NCBI GenBank assembly: GCA_023205875.1
Contig: CP060763.1
Coordinates: 372,001 to 436,000, forward strand
DNA from: Chloropicon primus
Lineage: Eukaryota
Reading direction: 5' to 3'
Length of the DNA: 64,000 bases
Each line of letters begins with the position of its first letter. Position 1 is the first letter of the stretch. Of the stretch, positions 22,150-32,501 are shown in pieces. A model generated the notes under the pieces. It saw nothing but the letters and a program-made list of their open reading frames with translations, had not been told where the DNA came from and did no database searches. Made by a program: the position numbers and the translations under genes.

Positions 22150-23016
22150 CGTCTTCCGACTCTCTCCCTCGATCGCAAGCAGCAGCGCAGAACGATGAAG
22201 AAGGAGAAGGAGAAGATCGAGGATCGAAGGCGATGAACCCAGGAGGCCCACGATTGGGCCGATCCAGCGCAGTGCCCAAGCAATGCACTCACCTCGCGAG
22301 GGACGAAGACAATGCATGCACGGATGCATGGATGCGTGAATGGATGGATGGAAGGAAGGAAGGAAGGAAGGAAAGGGAATGCAGGGGGGGAAGGGAATCG
22401 AGGAGAGTATCCCGATCCGACGCCAAGACACAAAATTGTTCCGCGCTCCTCCACGAAGCTCCTCGTCCCGCCATCTCAGTCGTACACCGATACTACGCTC
22501 TTTCCACGACGTTACCGTAAGTAAGAGTGGTTTAATGTTATTGATGTATTAATGTTATACATAGAAGATGTTGTAATGAGTGTACAGATCTTATCCACTG
22601 ACGAGGACGAAGATCACACAACAGAACAGATCCTCGTTCGACGAGGGCGAAGGACGAGGGAGGGAGAAAGCGACGGCCTTGTTGGAAAACGAGGTCGTTC
22701 CGAAGGTGGGGACGAGTGTTGACGGGAATCTTTGTCTCGCGCTCTTTCCAACGAGCCCTCGCTTGAGGTTTTTGGACCGAAACTCGGAACTCGGGAGAAC
22801 ACGGAGCAAGGGACATCGTCATCGTCGTCGTCATCGTCGTCGTCGTCGGTGCCAAGTGGAGCGGAGGCCTCGCGGCTCGTCTTCGGGGGTTTCTTTCTCT
22901 GGCGAACTGCCTCCCCTCTCGACGCCAGCAACAGCAAGGCTTGCTGGTGCCCAAGGAGGGAGTGAGCGTGACCCCCTCGCTGCGAACGATACCAACCCTG
23001 ATCCCTGCTCTGCTGC

Positions 23017-23859
23017 ATGGGTTGCGGCATCATGGCGTGCTGGTTGAGGGGCGGGAGGGTGCTGGGTTCGGGAAGCTCTAGCACCTCTGGAACGAGTGCG
23101 GTGGTCCAGGGAAAGTTTTGGGCGGCGCAGCGAGGAGCTGTGGGGTGCGGTAGCCGGTGGGTTGGGCATGAGGCGAGGGCGCTGACGCCGTCCCGAGGGG
23201 GGGAGGGGGAGCTGAGCGACTTGCACCAGGCCCTCCACGGCGACATGAAAGGGGTCTCGGCGACGAGGGCGTCCACGCGGTTGGAGAAGGCCCAGTCGAA
23301 GGAGCGGAACAGGAAGATCCTCCTCGAGCACCTGGCGGAGTTTGTCCACGAGCACCAGCAGTGGCTGGGCGGCAAGTTCCCGTCGAGGGGCTACCTCTCG
23401 AGCGTCGGTAGGATTGACCTCGCGGAAGCGATACGCAAGCTCGGGGGGCCCGCGAAAGTGGCACACATGTTTGGGCTGAAGTGGGGCGTCGACGAGGGGG
23501 GGGGGGGCGCCTTGGGCAAGGTCGAGCGCGATGCGGGTTCCAACGGGGTCGTGGACAGCATCAACACTCTGGACAAGGCGAATCTGAAGCTCTCGATCGC
23601 CGAGAACGTGGAGAAGGGCCACTCGTTCATGGTGGAGCACACGAACAGCAAGACCCCGATGAAAGAGAGCGAGTGGACCCTGTGGAAACCACCGATCTCG
23701 GATAGCTCCACCACGGAAACCGTGAAGAGAATTCTGGAGGAGGCGGAGATGTGCGCAAAGCACCACCCCATCTGTTACGTCAGGATCACCGCTTTCGACA
23801 AGGGAAACTTTTCGCGAAAGATCACCTTCCTCCTCCACGTACCTTCCGCCGGTTCGTGA
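23017..23859 (+). CDS. Putative plastid protein: helical PTST2/3-N-like module fused to a Rubisco small-subunit-like domain
   Basis: FPSRGYLSSVGRIDLAEAIRKLGG (aa ~101-156). GHSFMVEH...WTLWKPP...ILEEAEMCAKHHPICYVRITAFD...ITFLLHVP follows the RbcS pattern (aa ~185-276). Confidence 0.75.
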   Translation: MGCGIMACWLRGGRVLGSGSSSTSGTSAVVQGKFWAAQRGAVGCGSRWVGHEARALTPSRGGEGELSDLHQALHGDMKGVSATRASTRLEKAQSKERNRKILLEHLAEFVHEHQQWLGGKFPSRGYLSSVGRIDLAEAIRKLGGPAKVAHMFGLKWGVDEGGGGALGKVERDAGSNGVVDSINTLDKANLKLSIAENVEKGHSFMVEHTNSKTPMKESEWTLWKPPISDSSTTETVKRILEEAEMCAKHHPICYVRITAFDKGNFSRKITFLLHVPSAGS

Positions 23860-24049
23860 CAGCAGACACCACACAAGGTTGTTTGCTTTTGTTTTTGAAC
23901 TATACAAGAGATACCGCGCAGTTTGGACTGCCGTACCTACTACCATGATGATAACTTGTGAAAAAATGTTTGTTGTATTTTGTTTGTTTTTGATCAAAAA
24001 AGTTTTGTGAGAATTATATATATATATCCCCCCCAATCATCACTCCGTC

Positions 24050-26260
24050 TTACTTGGTCGTCGTCGTCGAGCTGGCCCCTTCCCCGTATCGCATCAGTTG
24101 CTTGTCCACAGACCAGTCCCGAGGCTTGTAAAAGATGACGTTCTCTCCCATCAAGCTGTGCTTGTCGTGCAAGAAGGTCTGAAAGTCCTCCGGACCGAGC
24201 GAACACCAAGTCGTGGTCGTGGGCAAGCTGCCCCCGCTGACCCACGAGAAAGGCAGAGAAAAGATGGATCTCGTTTGGGACTTCCACCTCCTCTTGCAGA
24301 TAGGCCCCGCGTGACTGATCTTGGTGTAACCCAAGTTGTAGAGCTTGAACAAGGTCTCCGTCGGGTTGTTGTGCCCGGAGTCCACGGAAGCCTTGTAGTT
24401 CATCTCCACCAACACGATCGACGGGTAATTCGTCTTGTGCTTGAACAGAGCCATGCCACCGTCGATCACTGCATTCTCCCACCCGTTCACGCTGATACGC
24501 ACAGCCCCTACTGTTTCGTTCAGCGAGATGACGTCCTCGAGTCTCTTGTACTGCACAGTGACTTGTTCCTTGTCCCCTCCCCCCGCGCCCTTTTGCTTTT
24601 GCCCCCCCAGTCCCATCTCGAGTGAAGGGTACCCGTGCCTGAGCCCATCCCCAAGCGACGTGCCAGCCGGGACGCCGTACGTCACGTTCTCGTTCTTGTC
24701 GCTCAGCGCCACCCTGTGAATCTTGATGAAGTCCTCAAACCCGTTCCTCTTGCTGCTGGTCTCGAAGGCTTTGAGGGACATGTTGGACACCTCGAAGGAC
24801 TCCACGTCATGGCCCCTTGCAGCCGCCGCAAGAGAGAAGAACCCGATGCCAGCCCCGATGTCCAGGAGCTTGACCGACCTCTTCTTCCCCCCGAGGGACC
24901 CCACCAGGGCGTTCACCACGCCCGGCTTCTCCCCGGGGGCCATGCCAGCCTGCCACCTGCCGTACTTGAAGAGGTCGTCGTTGGCATCCTGGCCCGACTC
25001 GAACTCGGCCCCCTTCCTGTACACCGACATCTCAAAGGTGGGCTTGAAGTTCGCGCTCACCGGGAACAAGTTCCTCTCCTTGTACTCCAAGTAAAGCTCG
25101 GACTTCACCGAGGACGAGTCGTGCAAAGCACTCGTGAACCCCGCGCCCTTGGAGTGGCCCCTGAACACCTTCCTGTCGCACTTGGACCAGCACACAAAGT
25201 GGGACTTCCAGCCGCCCATGAAGTGGTGCAGAACCTTGACGTCGCTCGAGTCGCTCCTCACTCCCTCCTTGTTGTCAGGGTGAGCCCCGAGCCCGACCCA
25301 GGGCAGGAACCGCACCGGCCAAAGCTCCTCGTCATTCACGCTGAAGGGAGGGTGTTTCTTCGAGTGCCTCAGCACCACGTCAGTGAAGATGCCAGGACCA
25401 GTCTTCTCCAAGGTGTCCCTGTTCTTGTTGTCCGAGAACTTGGTCGTGGCGTGGTTGCTGATGAAATCGCACACCTCCCTGAGCGCAGGGTGGCCAGGGG
25501 CGGCCATGAAGGTCCACTGCAGGACCTGGTTCGCCCTCACGTAGTGGTGGTTCAAGGCGTCCTCCTGCGTGGTCCCCTCGTACTCCCAGCCAACCACCAT
25601 GGTATCCGTGGGAAGAAGGACCTCGTCCAGAGGAGTCTTGCACTCCGTGTCAATGTCGGTGTAGACTCCGCCATACTTGTAGATGACCATGTACCGGAAG
25701 AAGTCGCTCCTTTCGACGGACTTTGGCAAGGTCACGTATGCCTTGACGTACTCCGGGAACTCCTGCTTGACAAAGTTGAGGCAGGCCTCGTCGTCGTAAA
25801 ACCTGATCTCCCAGCCGGGGTTGAGCTCCCTCCAGCTCTGCACTAAGTAACGGAGCTTGGAGGAAAGAGCCTTGGACCCGTACGTCTGGTGAATGATTTT
25901 GGGTATCTTCTTCTTGTTCGAGTTGGTCCCGTGGGTCTGCCTCAGCGCAAGGGTGCCATCCAACTGCTGGCCGTCCGAGTTGGTGAAGCTCTCGATGAGG
26001 AACCTGGCCTCGCTCTTGAGGGTCACCTTACCTCCGAAGAAGCTCCGGTCAAAGTCCTCGCTGCTCTTTTGGAACCCGCAGGTGCTGTTGAAGGTGCAGG
26101 TGAAGGCCTGGCTCAAGGCCACCACGAAGAGGAGGACCATGCATAGCTTGTGGATCCTCGCCTGCTTCTTGCTCGTCGATATCAAGCTCGATATGCTCTT
26201 GTACGAGTACTCCTTCTTCAACCCACCCGTGCTCACCGACCTCTTCATCTTCATCTTCAT
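24050..26260 (-). CDS. Type II membrane GT32 (Och1-like DXD) glycosyltransferase fused to an FkbM-family methyltransferase
   Basis: Single TM helix; IPKIIHQT, ERSDFFRYMVIYKYGGVYTDIDT and TGPGIFTD; then LLDIGAGIGFFSL and RISVNGWENAVIDG. Start at MKMKMKR. Confidence 0.85.
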   Translation of the reverse strand: MKMKMKRSVSTGGLKKEYSYKSISSLISTSKKQARIHKLCMVLLFVVALSQAFTCTFNSTCGFQKSSEDFDRSFFGGKVTLKSEARFLIESFTNSDGQQLDGTLALRQTHGTNSNKKKIPKIIHQTYGSKALSSKLRYLVQSWRELNPGWEIRFYDDEACLNFVKQEFPEYVKAYVTLPKSVERSDFFRYMVIYKYGGVYTDIDTECKTPLDEVLLPTDTMVVGWEYEGTTQEDALNHHYVRANQVLQWTFMAAPGHPALREVCDFISNHATTKFSDNKNRDTLEKTGPGIFTDVVLRHSKKHPPFSVNDEELWPVRFLPWVGLGAHPDNKEGVRSDSSDVKVLHHFMGGWKSHFVCWSKCDRKVFRGHSKGAGFTSALHDSSSVKSELYLEYKERNLFPVSANFKPTFEMSVYRKGAEFESGQDANDDLFKYGRWQAGMAPGEKPGVVNALVGSLGGKKRSVKLLDIGAGIGFFSLAAAARGHDVESFEVSNMSLKAFETSSKRNGFEDFIKIHRVALSDKNENVTYGVPAGTSLGDGLRHGYPSLEMGLGGQKQKGAGGGDKEQVTVQYKRLEDVISLNETVGAVRISVNGWENAVIDGGMALFKHKTNYPSIVLVEMNYKASVDSGHNNPTETLFKLYNLGYTKISHAGPICKRRWKSQTRSIFSLPFSWVSGGSLPTTTTWCSLGPEDFQTFLHDKHSLMGENVIFYKPRDWSVDKQLMRYGEGASSTTTTK

Positions 26261-26962
26261 ATCTTCTCTGCGATGCTGCCAACCTGAAGACCTTGAAGCG
26301 GAATGAAGCAAGCAAAGCAAAAGGACAAGGACAAGGACAAGGACAATGTCACGAACCAAGGGAGACAAACAGCACCACCACCGCGCACCACGAGAGCAAA
26401 GTGGAGTTTGGGTTCGCTTGGGTTCGTCTTCACACAAAGTCTAAGTCCCTTACAAATTCAAAGTCGTCATCTTTGGGCCTTGGTTTGGGTTTCCAAGCCG
26501 TGCCGAGCTTTGCTCACCACCTTTGCTCACCACCTTTGCTCTTTTGCTCTTGCTCCTAGAAGATTATTTGATAATAATAATATCAAGAGAGAGAGAGAGA
26601 GAGAGGGGGAGAAGAGAGAAGAGAAGGAGGGGGCACAAGGACGGTGACGGTAGGTAGGTAGGGTGATAGTACAGCTTGGAACGATTCGATGGTTTGCCGC
26701 CAAAGAGGTTACGGCTTGGCAGGAAAGAGTAAAGGATTGTGTTGGTCTCTCTTTGCAAAACCCAATCGACCCCCCAACAGTGGTGGCGTAGTCCGACGGC
26801 GTACCACAACAAGAGGGGAGAGAGCATTGTGTCGTGCTACCAACGAAACAAAACAAAACAAAACGAAACGAAACATGCGTAGGGAGGGAGGGAGCCCTTT
26901 CTTTAGGGGGGAGGATGGACGGAAGGGAGAGGAGTCGAAGAGTCGATCCGGGCTCTGGGGAT

Positions 26963-26972
26963 AAAAAAAAAA
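26963..26972 (-). terminator. RNA polymerase III oligo-T terminator of the 5S gene
   Basis: A10 on the + strand (T10 on -) immediately after the 5S 3' end. Confidence 0.85.
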
Positions 26973-26973
26973 G

Positions 26974-27093
26974 AACATACGCCACGAGAGATTCCCGTGT
27001 TGTCACCAACCACAGTACTGATCTCGCCCACACGCGCTTGACTTCCGAGTTCTGATGGGATCGGGTATTTTCACGTAGGTATGAACGTATGAT
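26974..27093 (-). rRNA. 5S: 5S rRNA (single dispersed copy)
   Basis: Reverse complement reads ..CATACGTTCATACC...CCCGATCCCATCAGAACTCGGAAGTCAAGC...GCGAGATCAGTACT...GGGAATCTCTCGTGGCGTATG. Helix I pairs, the gene is followed by oligo-T, and TATATATA lies ~25 bp upstream. Confidence 0.92.
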
Positions 27094-27694
27094 GAAAGAG
27101 GGAGAGAGTGTGGCCTATATATACCTCTCGCCTCTCGCCGCCTTCCTCCCGGTCTCGTCTCGTTCCCCTCCTCGTCCAGCACCCGCCCGAGGGAACGCAA
27201 AGTCGAGTGAGTGGAGCATCCATCGCGAAAGGGAAAGGCCTTGAGGCAAGACTTTGGGTATGCCCGACCCTTTCCTCGATCCTGCGCCCCCTCCCCTCCC
27301 CTCTCGTCGTCCATCCTCGCCTTTCGATCGCCTTTTCGATTTTTTTGGGCTAGCTAGTTAGCTGGAGGGGGACGACGAGAAGGAAACCCAGGACGAGCTT
27401 TGAAACTTTGGATCTTGGCGGCTTTGAGGACGTCCCCGGCTCGAGATTAGCACTTGGATCGAAAGTGCGTCTCTCGAGCTTTCGTTTGAGCCCTTACTCG
27501 ACGAGTTTGACCCCCGGGGTGTTCGATTAAAACTCGCGCCAAGGAGGAGCAAGCGACGGAGAGGGAGGGAGAGGGGAGCATTGCGGACGAGGCGGAGGTC
27601 GAGGTCGAGGTGTGGAGGGGAAGAGAGGAAGGCAGGACGAGGTCTTGACTCGTGGTCTTTCGGTTTCTCGCTTGCTCGAGGCAGCGTGCTCGTG

Positions 27695-28883
27695 ATGGCT
27701 TCGACGAGTTATCCAACGTCGAGCACCGCGACGGTGACGAGTGCGGAGCTGTCCCTCCTGGTCCGGGACTACCTGTCCTCGGAGGGCTTCTCGCGGACGC
27801 TGGAGCAGTTTGAGGCGGAGGCGGAGGGCCTTCTGCGCCAGGGGAGCGGCGGGTCGAACCCCGGGCTGCGAGTGGACCCCGGCGTTGCGAGGGGCCTCAA
27901 GCCGCTGAGGGGCGTGGTGAGCGAGTACTTGGGCCTGGCGGAGGAGTGGAAGAGAAAGAGGGTGCTGGGAGAGTCGCACCCCCTCGCGGCGAGAATGCTT
28001 TGCGTTCTGGAAGACTTTGCGAACGACAGCAACCGCGCGACATCGGTCAGGTGAGTACACACAGCACGATTCGCTCCCGTCCTTCAGCCACGCACGGCCG
28101 GTGGGGCGCCCACTCTGACGCTGTTCTCCCATTCCTTGCTCTTCCTTTTTACCCCGATCCTTCGGCAGTGGCGACGGAAGGGGCGGGGGCGACCGCTTCC
28201 CAGGGCAATCGTTTGACACGGCGTTCACGCCCTCTCCCCACAGGGCGCTGCCGGGGGGAGGGGACGGAGCCGGGTCGGTGTATGGGCAGCATCGGCTCCA
28301 GAGTAGCAGAGCGCAGGGCAGGAACTTGTTCGCCGAGACTTCGGGCCGGGAGGCAGCGGGGCAATCTCCAACCGCGCCGACCCCCTCCCCCCTCCGAAGG
28401 AAGAAGGGGACGCCCAGGAAGAGAAATGTGGTTGCCCAACCAAATTCGGTGGACGACCAGCTCCTTCCGTTCGCCAAGGACCTGGCGCAGCGGATCAACG
28501 GCAGCAAAGGCGGCGCCTTTGATGGGATCTCGGAAGACTTTCTAACAAACTTGGAGGTGAGTTCTGTCGGCTCGCAACCTCGCCCTCTACTCCTGTGCCC
28601 GATAACTCAGGCAATGGCTAACATGCGTCTCTCTTCCGCCTCATCATCTCAGAACCTTCCCGAAGACTTCGGGTTCGAGCACCTACTGAACTCCCTCAAC
28701 CCAGAGGCGGATGGTGCGAGCTATCACCCCCTTCAGCCCTCGTCCAATGATGCAGTGGACGCTCCCGCGGGGCAAGCCAACCAATACCACCCATCGAGCA
28801 AGCGGCCACGTCGGCGGCTCTCCGACTACCTCAAGACGGCAAACGGCGTGGATAACCTGTTGAACAGCATCAAATACAATTGA
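27695..28883 (+). CDS. LisH-domain protein, NPAT/Mxc-like N-terminus; exons 27695-28050, 28169-28556, 28653-28883
   Basis: AELSLLVRDYLSSEGFSRTLEQFEAE...LKPLRGVVSEYL. GT-AG introns restore the frame. Confidence 0.65.
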
Positions 28884-29144
28884 GTTCCCCCGGCGACCAC
28901 TTCTATGTAGTGCATACGAAGCCATAGCCAAACACCCAGATATGTTCCTCTTCAAAGGGACCACTCCTCTTTGCCAAAACCTTCCACCGAGGTATCAATC
29001 GAAAGCCCGTGAGATGCCCTTCCGCTTGTTCAACACCTCGTTCCCATCCCCTTCACCGACCTTGCACAAGGCTCTCAACAAACACCACCCCACCCTCCAC
29101 CTTGAGGCGCCCCCCTCCATCGCCATCGTGTCATTGAGGAGGCC

Positions 29145-30983
29145 ATGGCGGAGGGGAGCGAGAGGCGAAGGCACAAGAGGAGGAGGAGGGAGGGGGAGGG
29201 GGAAGGCGAGGGTGGGAGGTCGAGGTCCCGGTCGCACCGCAGTCGACGGCGGAGGTCGCACCACCAAGTGCAGGAGCAGGCGGACCATATTGCCAAAGTC
29301 CTGCAAGAGACGGGCCGTGTCGTGGGCTACGAGGACGAGGAGAACCCGTTCGGCGATGAGAACTTGTCGCAAGCTTTCGTGTGGCACAAGAAGATCGAGA
29401 AGCAGCTTGAGGATGGCGTGACGGAGAACGCGTTCTCGGCCGAGCAGGTGAAGGAGAAGCACGAAGAGCGGCTGAGAGAGATCGAGCAGGTGAAGAAGAG
29501 GAGGGAGGAGAGGGAGAAGGAGCTGGCGAGGAAGCAGGAGGAGCTCGACGTGCTGCAGAAGGAGAGGGTCCTTGCGGAGGCTGCCGAGTTGGAGCAGAGG
29601 GACGAGGGGTTCCACGCCGAGCAGGCGAGGACGAGGTCTGAGATCAGGATCAGGGAAGGAAGGGCGAAGCCTGCGGACGTCTTTTATGATATCTTGAACG
29701 CGGTGTCGACCTCGGGGACGGACATACAGAACCCCAGTGGGATGTTGGACATGCTTGAGGCAAACGAGCTCGGTGACCTTGAGCGCGAGGCCAAGGCCCA
29801 CGCAGCTTTGGACGCCCACGACGAGGAGAAGTCGAGGTACTGGGCCGCCGTTTTGTTGCTCTGTGACCACGAGTTGGGCATACGCAGGCGGGAGGACGCC
29901 GGCCGGGGGGAGGGCGGCAGCAGCGGCGGCGGCGTGCACACGAGCTTGGATTCGGACATGAGAGAAGTTCTCGGAGGCAAGAACGTTGGCGAGCTCTTGG
30001 CGCTAGAGGCGGACATATCAGAAAAATTGGACAAGGGCACCACGGACGACGAGGAGTACTGGCAGCGCGTTCTGCAGAAGACCAAGCTGCAGCTTGCGAG
30101 GCACAAGGTGATGTACGCTTACAGCAAGAGGCTTGGGAACTTTCAAGAGCACGAAGGGGACTTCCAAGACGATATCCAGGGGGGGGATCAAGCCGAGGCC
30201 GAGCACGCCGTGGCCACCGCCGAGGACGACGCTGAGGCGGGTCCCGTTTACGCCAGGGAGTACTCCCCAGGTCCCGAGGATCTGGAGGATCCTGGCGACG
30301 GCGACGAGGGGAACGTCGTCGATGAAGCTGACGATCTTGCGGAAATTCGAGCCCTTCGAGCCCGAGTCCAGCAGGACGAGCACATGAAGCTGAATACTGC
30401 GGTCGGGGTGGGGGCCATCAACCGAAAGACCCTTGAGGCGACGAGGCAGGCGGCAAGGGGCGCGAGAGACTCGGCCGCCGCCTCGACCTCAGCCGCGAGC
30501 GGCAAGCTTGCGGCCTACTCGAGTCGCGTGATGGGGGAGACCTCAGAGAACGACTCTGTCTTCACCCAAGAAGTGAGGGTGGACAGGAAAGTGGAGTGGT
30601 GGCATCAGAAGTACCAGGCGAGAAAGCCAAAGTACTTCAACCGTGTTCACACCGGTTTCGAGTGGACCAAGTACAACCAGACGCACTACGATCACGACAA
30701 CCCTCCGCCAAAGGTCGTCAAGGGCTACAAGTTCAACATCTTTTATCCTGACCTTATCGACAAGACCAAGGCGCCTTCCTACAAAATCGAGAGGGACCCC
30801 GAGTCTCCTGATCATTCCACTTGCATCATCAGGTTCCAGGCCGGCCCGCCTTACGAAGACATCGCGTTCAAGATCGTGAACAAGGACTGGGAGTACAGCC
30901 ACAAATACGGCTTCAAGTCCTCCTTCGAGAGGGGCATCCTGCACCTGTTCTTCAACTTCAAGCGACAGCGCTATAGAAAGTAG
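29145..30983 (+). CDS. CACTIN: Cactin (spliceosome-associated)
   Basis: NPFGDENLSQAFVWHKK and RKPKYFNRVHTGFEWTKYNQTHYDHDNPPPKVVKGYKFNIFYPDLID. Confidence 0.95.
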   Translation: MAEGSERRRHKRRRREGEGEGEGGRSRSRSHRSRRRRSHHQVQEQADHIAKVLQETGRVVGYEDEENPFGDENLSQAFVWHKKIEKQLEDGVTENAFSAEQVKEKHEERLREIEQVKKRREEREKELARKQEELDVLQKERVLAEAAELEQRDEGFHAEQARTRSEIRIREGRAKPADVFYDILNAVSTSGTDIQNPSGMLDMLEANELGDLEREAKAHAALDAHDEEKSRYWAAVLLLCDHELGIRRREDAGRGEGGSSGGGVHTSLDSDMREVLGGKNVGELLALEADISEKLDKGTTDDEEYWQRVLQKTKLQLARHKVMYAYSKRLGNFQEHEGDFQDDIQGGDQAEAEHAVATAEDDAEAGPVYAREYSPGPEDLEDPGDGDEGNVVDEADDLAEIRALRARVQQDEHMKLNTAVGVGAINRKTLEATRQAARGARDSAAASTSAASGKLAAYSSRVMGETSENDSVFTQEVRVDRKVEWWHQKYQARKPKYFNRVHTGFEWTKYNQTHYDHDNPPPKVVKGYKFNIFYPDLIDKTKAPSYKIERDPESPDHSTCIIRFQAGPPYEDIAFKIVNKDWEYSHKYGFKSSFERGILHLFFNFKRQRYRK

Positions 30984-31415
30984 CCCGGTCGTCGTAACTG
31001 AACAACTGAATCAATAAAATCCTACGAAGAGCGTTTGAGTGTAGCTTTTCCCAGCACCTTTGGCTTTCGTGCCATGCACCCCCATTGCCCGCCCTTCACC
31101 ATTGGCCTCAACCCCCCAGCTGCTGATGATCAGAGACTGTGAGCGACGCGTTCGCCCTTCCCCGGAGGCGGCCACCACCTGGCTGCGTCACACACGATGT
31201 GTCCAAGCGGAGTGGACCTCGGGTGTGGACCGAATCCAATGAAATCTTTTGAGTAATGTGAAGAACGAGAACGTGCTCCTTGCCTTCCCACACCTTCCAT
31301 TGCCTTCCTTGTCATGCACTCCACCAATCCATCCTTGTCTTTGTGTAACCTCCCACACAGGAGAGAGAGAGAGAGAAGCAGAAGAGCACGATCGGTTGGT
31401 GAGAGGGGGAGCACG

Positions 31416-32375
31416 ATGGGTCTAAGCGGAGGGGAGCTTGGTGTGAACGAGTTGTGCGGGTTGGTGGGGAAGATCGAGAAGCTTGCGAAGAATGCCGCGG
31501 AGAATGATTCGGACAAGAAAGGTGCAATAGCTCTCCTGGAACGGATTGGGAAGGAACTGAAGAACAAATCTGTGTTGGCCAAAGCCCAAGAGAAGGAGAA
31601 GGCTGGCAAGAGGTTGAAGCGGTTGGAGAAGCACGAGTGCCAGGGGTTAGCGAGCACGGCGAACAGGGTGTTAGGGGAGATCGTGAAGAGGTTCAAGAAC
31701 GAGGAGAGGGTCGCGCAGGGTGTGGCCAAGTTCAAAGAGACCAAGGGGGCCAAGCCTGTGGAGGACATGGTGAAGGTGAAGGTCACGGAGCACCCCAAGG
31801 TGGAGAGGGAGCAGGAGAAGGCTGCTGTTGCTGCTGCTGCTGCTCTGGTCGCCAAGGGGGACCCCTTCACGAACGCCAGGCAGGTCGTGAAGAAGGCCTT
31901 GCTGGAGGGATTGAAGCTGGCTTGCGAGGAGACGGGGAAGGATGTCGAACTGGCAGAGAAAGTGGCGACGGAGCTTGAGGAGGAGCTGAGTCAAAAGTAC
32001 AACACGGAGAGCAAGGTGTCCAAGGAATACAAGCTCAAGTACAGGAGCCTGAGCTTCAACCTGAAGGACAAGAATAACCCTGACCTGAGGAGTCGGGTGC
32101 TTTTGGGTGAGGTAGATTGCAAAGACCTCGTGACTTGGAGCCCCCAGCAGCTTGCCAGCGACAAGAGGAAGGAGGACAACGCCACCATCAAGAAGAACAT
32201 GCTGCTGAACGCCCAAGCGAGGAAGCCCACCGTTTCTTCCACGGACCAATTCAAGTGTGGCAAGTGCGGACAGAGGAAGTGTACCTATTATCAAATGCAA
32301 ACGAGGTCCGCTGATGAGCCCATGACCACCTTTGTGACTTGCACCGTGTGCAACAATCGCTGGAAGTTCAGCTGA
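31416..32375 (+). CDS. TFIIS: Transcription elongation factor TFIIS
   Basis: YRSLSFNLKDKNNPDLR and the zinc ribbon CGKC...YYQMQTRSADEPMTTFVTCTVCNNRWKF. Confidence 0.95.
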   Translation: MGLSGGELGVNELCGLVGKIEKLAKNAAENDSDKKGAIALLERIGKELKNKSVLAKAQEKEKAGKRLKRLEKHECQGLASTANRVLGEIVKRFKNEERVAQGVAKFKETKGAKPVEDMVKVKVTEHPKVEREQEKAAVAAAAALVAKGDPFTNARQVVKKALLEGLKLACEETGKDVELAEKVATELEEELSQKYNTESKVSKEYKLKYRSLSFNLKDKNNPDLRSRVLLGEVDCKDLVTWSPQQLASDKRKEDNATIKKNMLLNAQARKPTVSSTDQFKCGKCGQRKCTYYQMQTRSADEPMTTFVTCTVCNNRWKFS

Positions 32376-32501
32376 GGCGCCTTCGCCCACTTGCGGGTAG
32401 AAGCCTTTTCGATACCCTCTTGATGGAAGAATAAGAATAACTGTTTTACACCGTATATGATTCGTTATATGATTGCGGGGGTCTGTTGCGCGCCGCACGA
32501 C

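Noticed and set aside
22587..22616. Hammerhead-like CTGACGA...GAA string
   Set aside because: No stem II between the core elements and no GAAA; cannot fold as a hammerhead.
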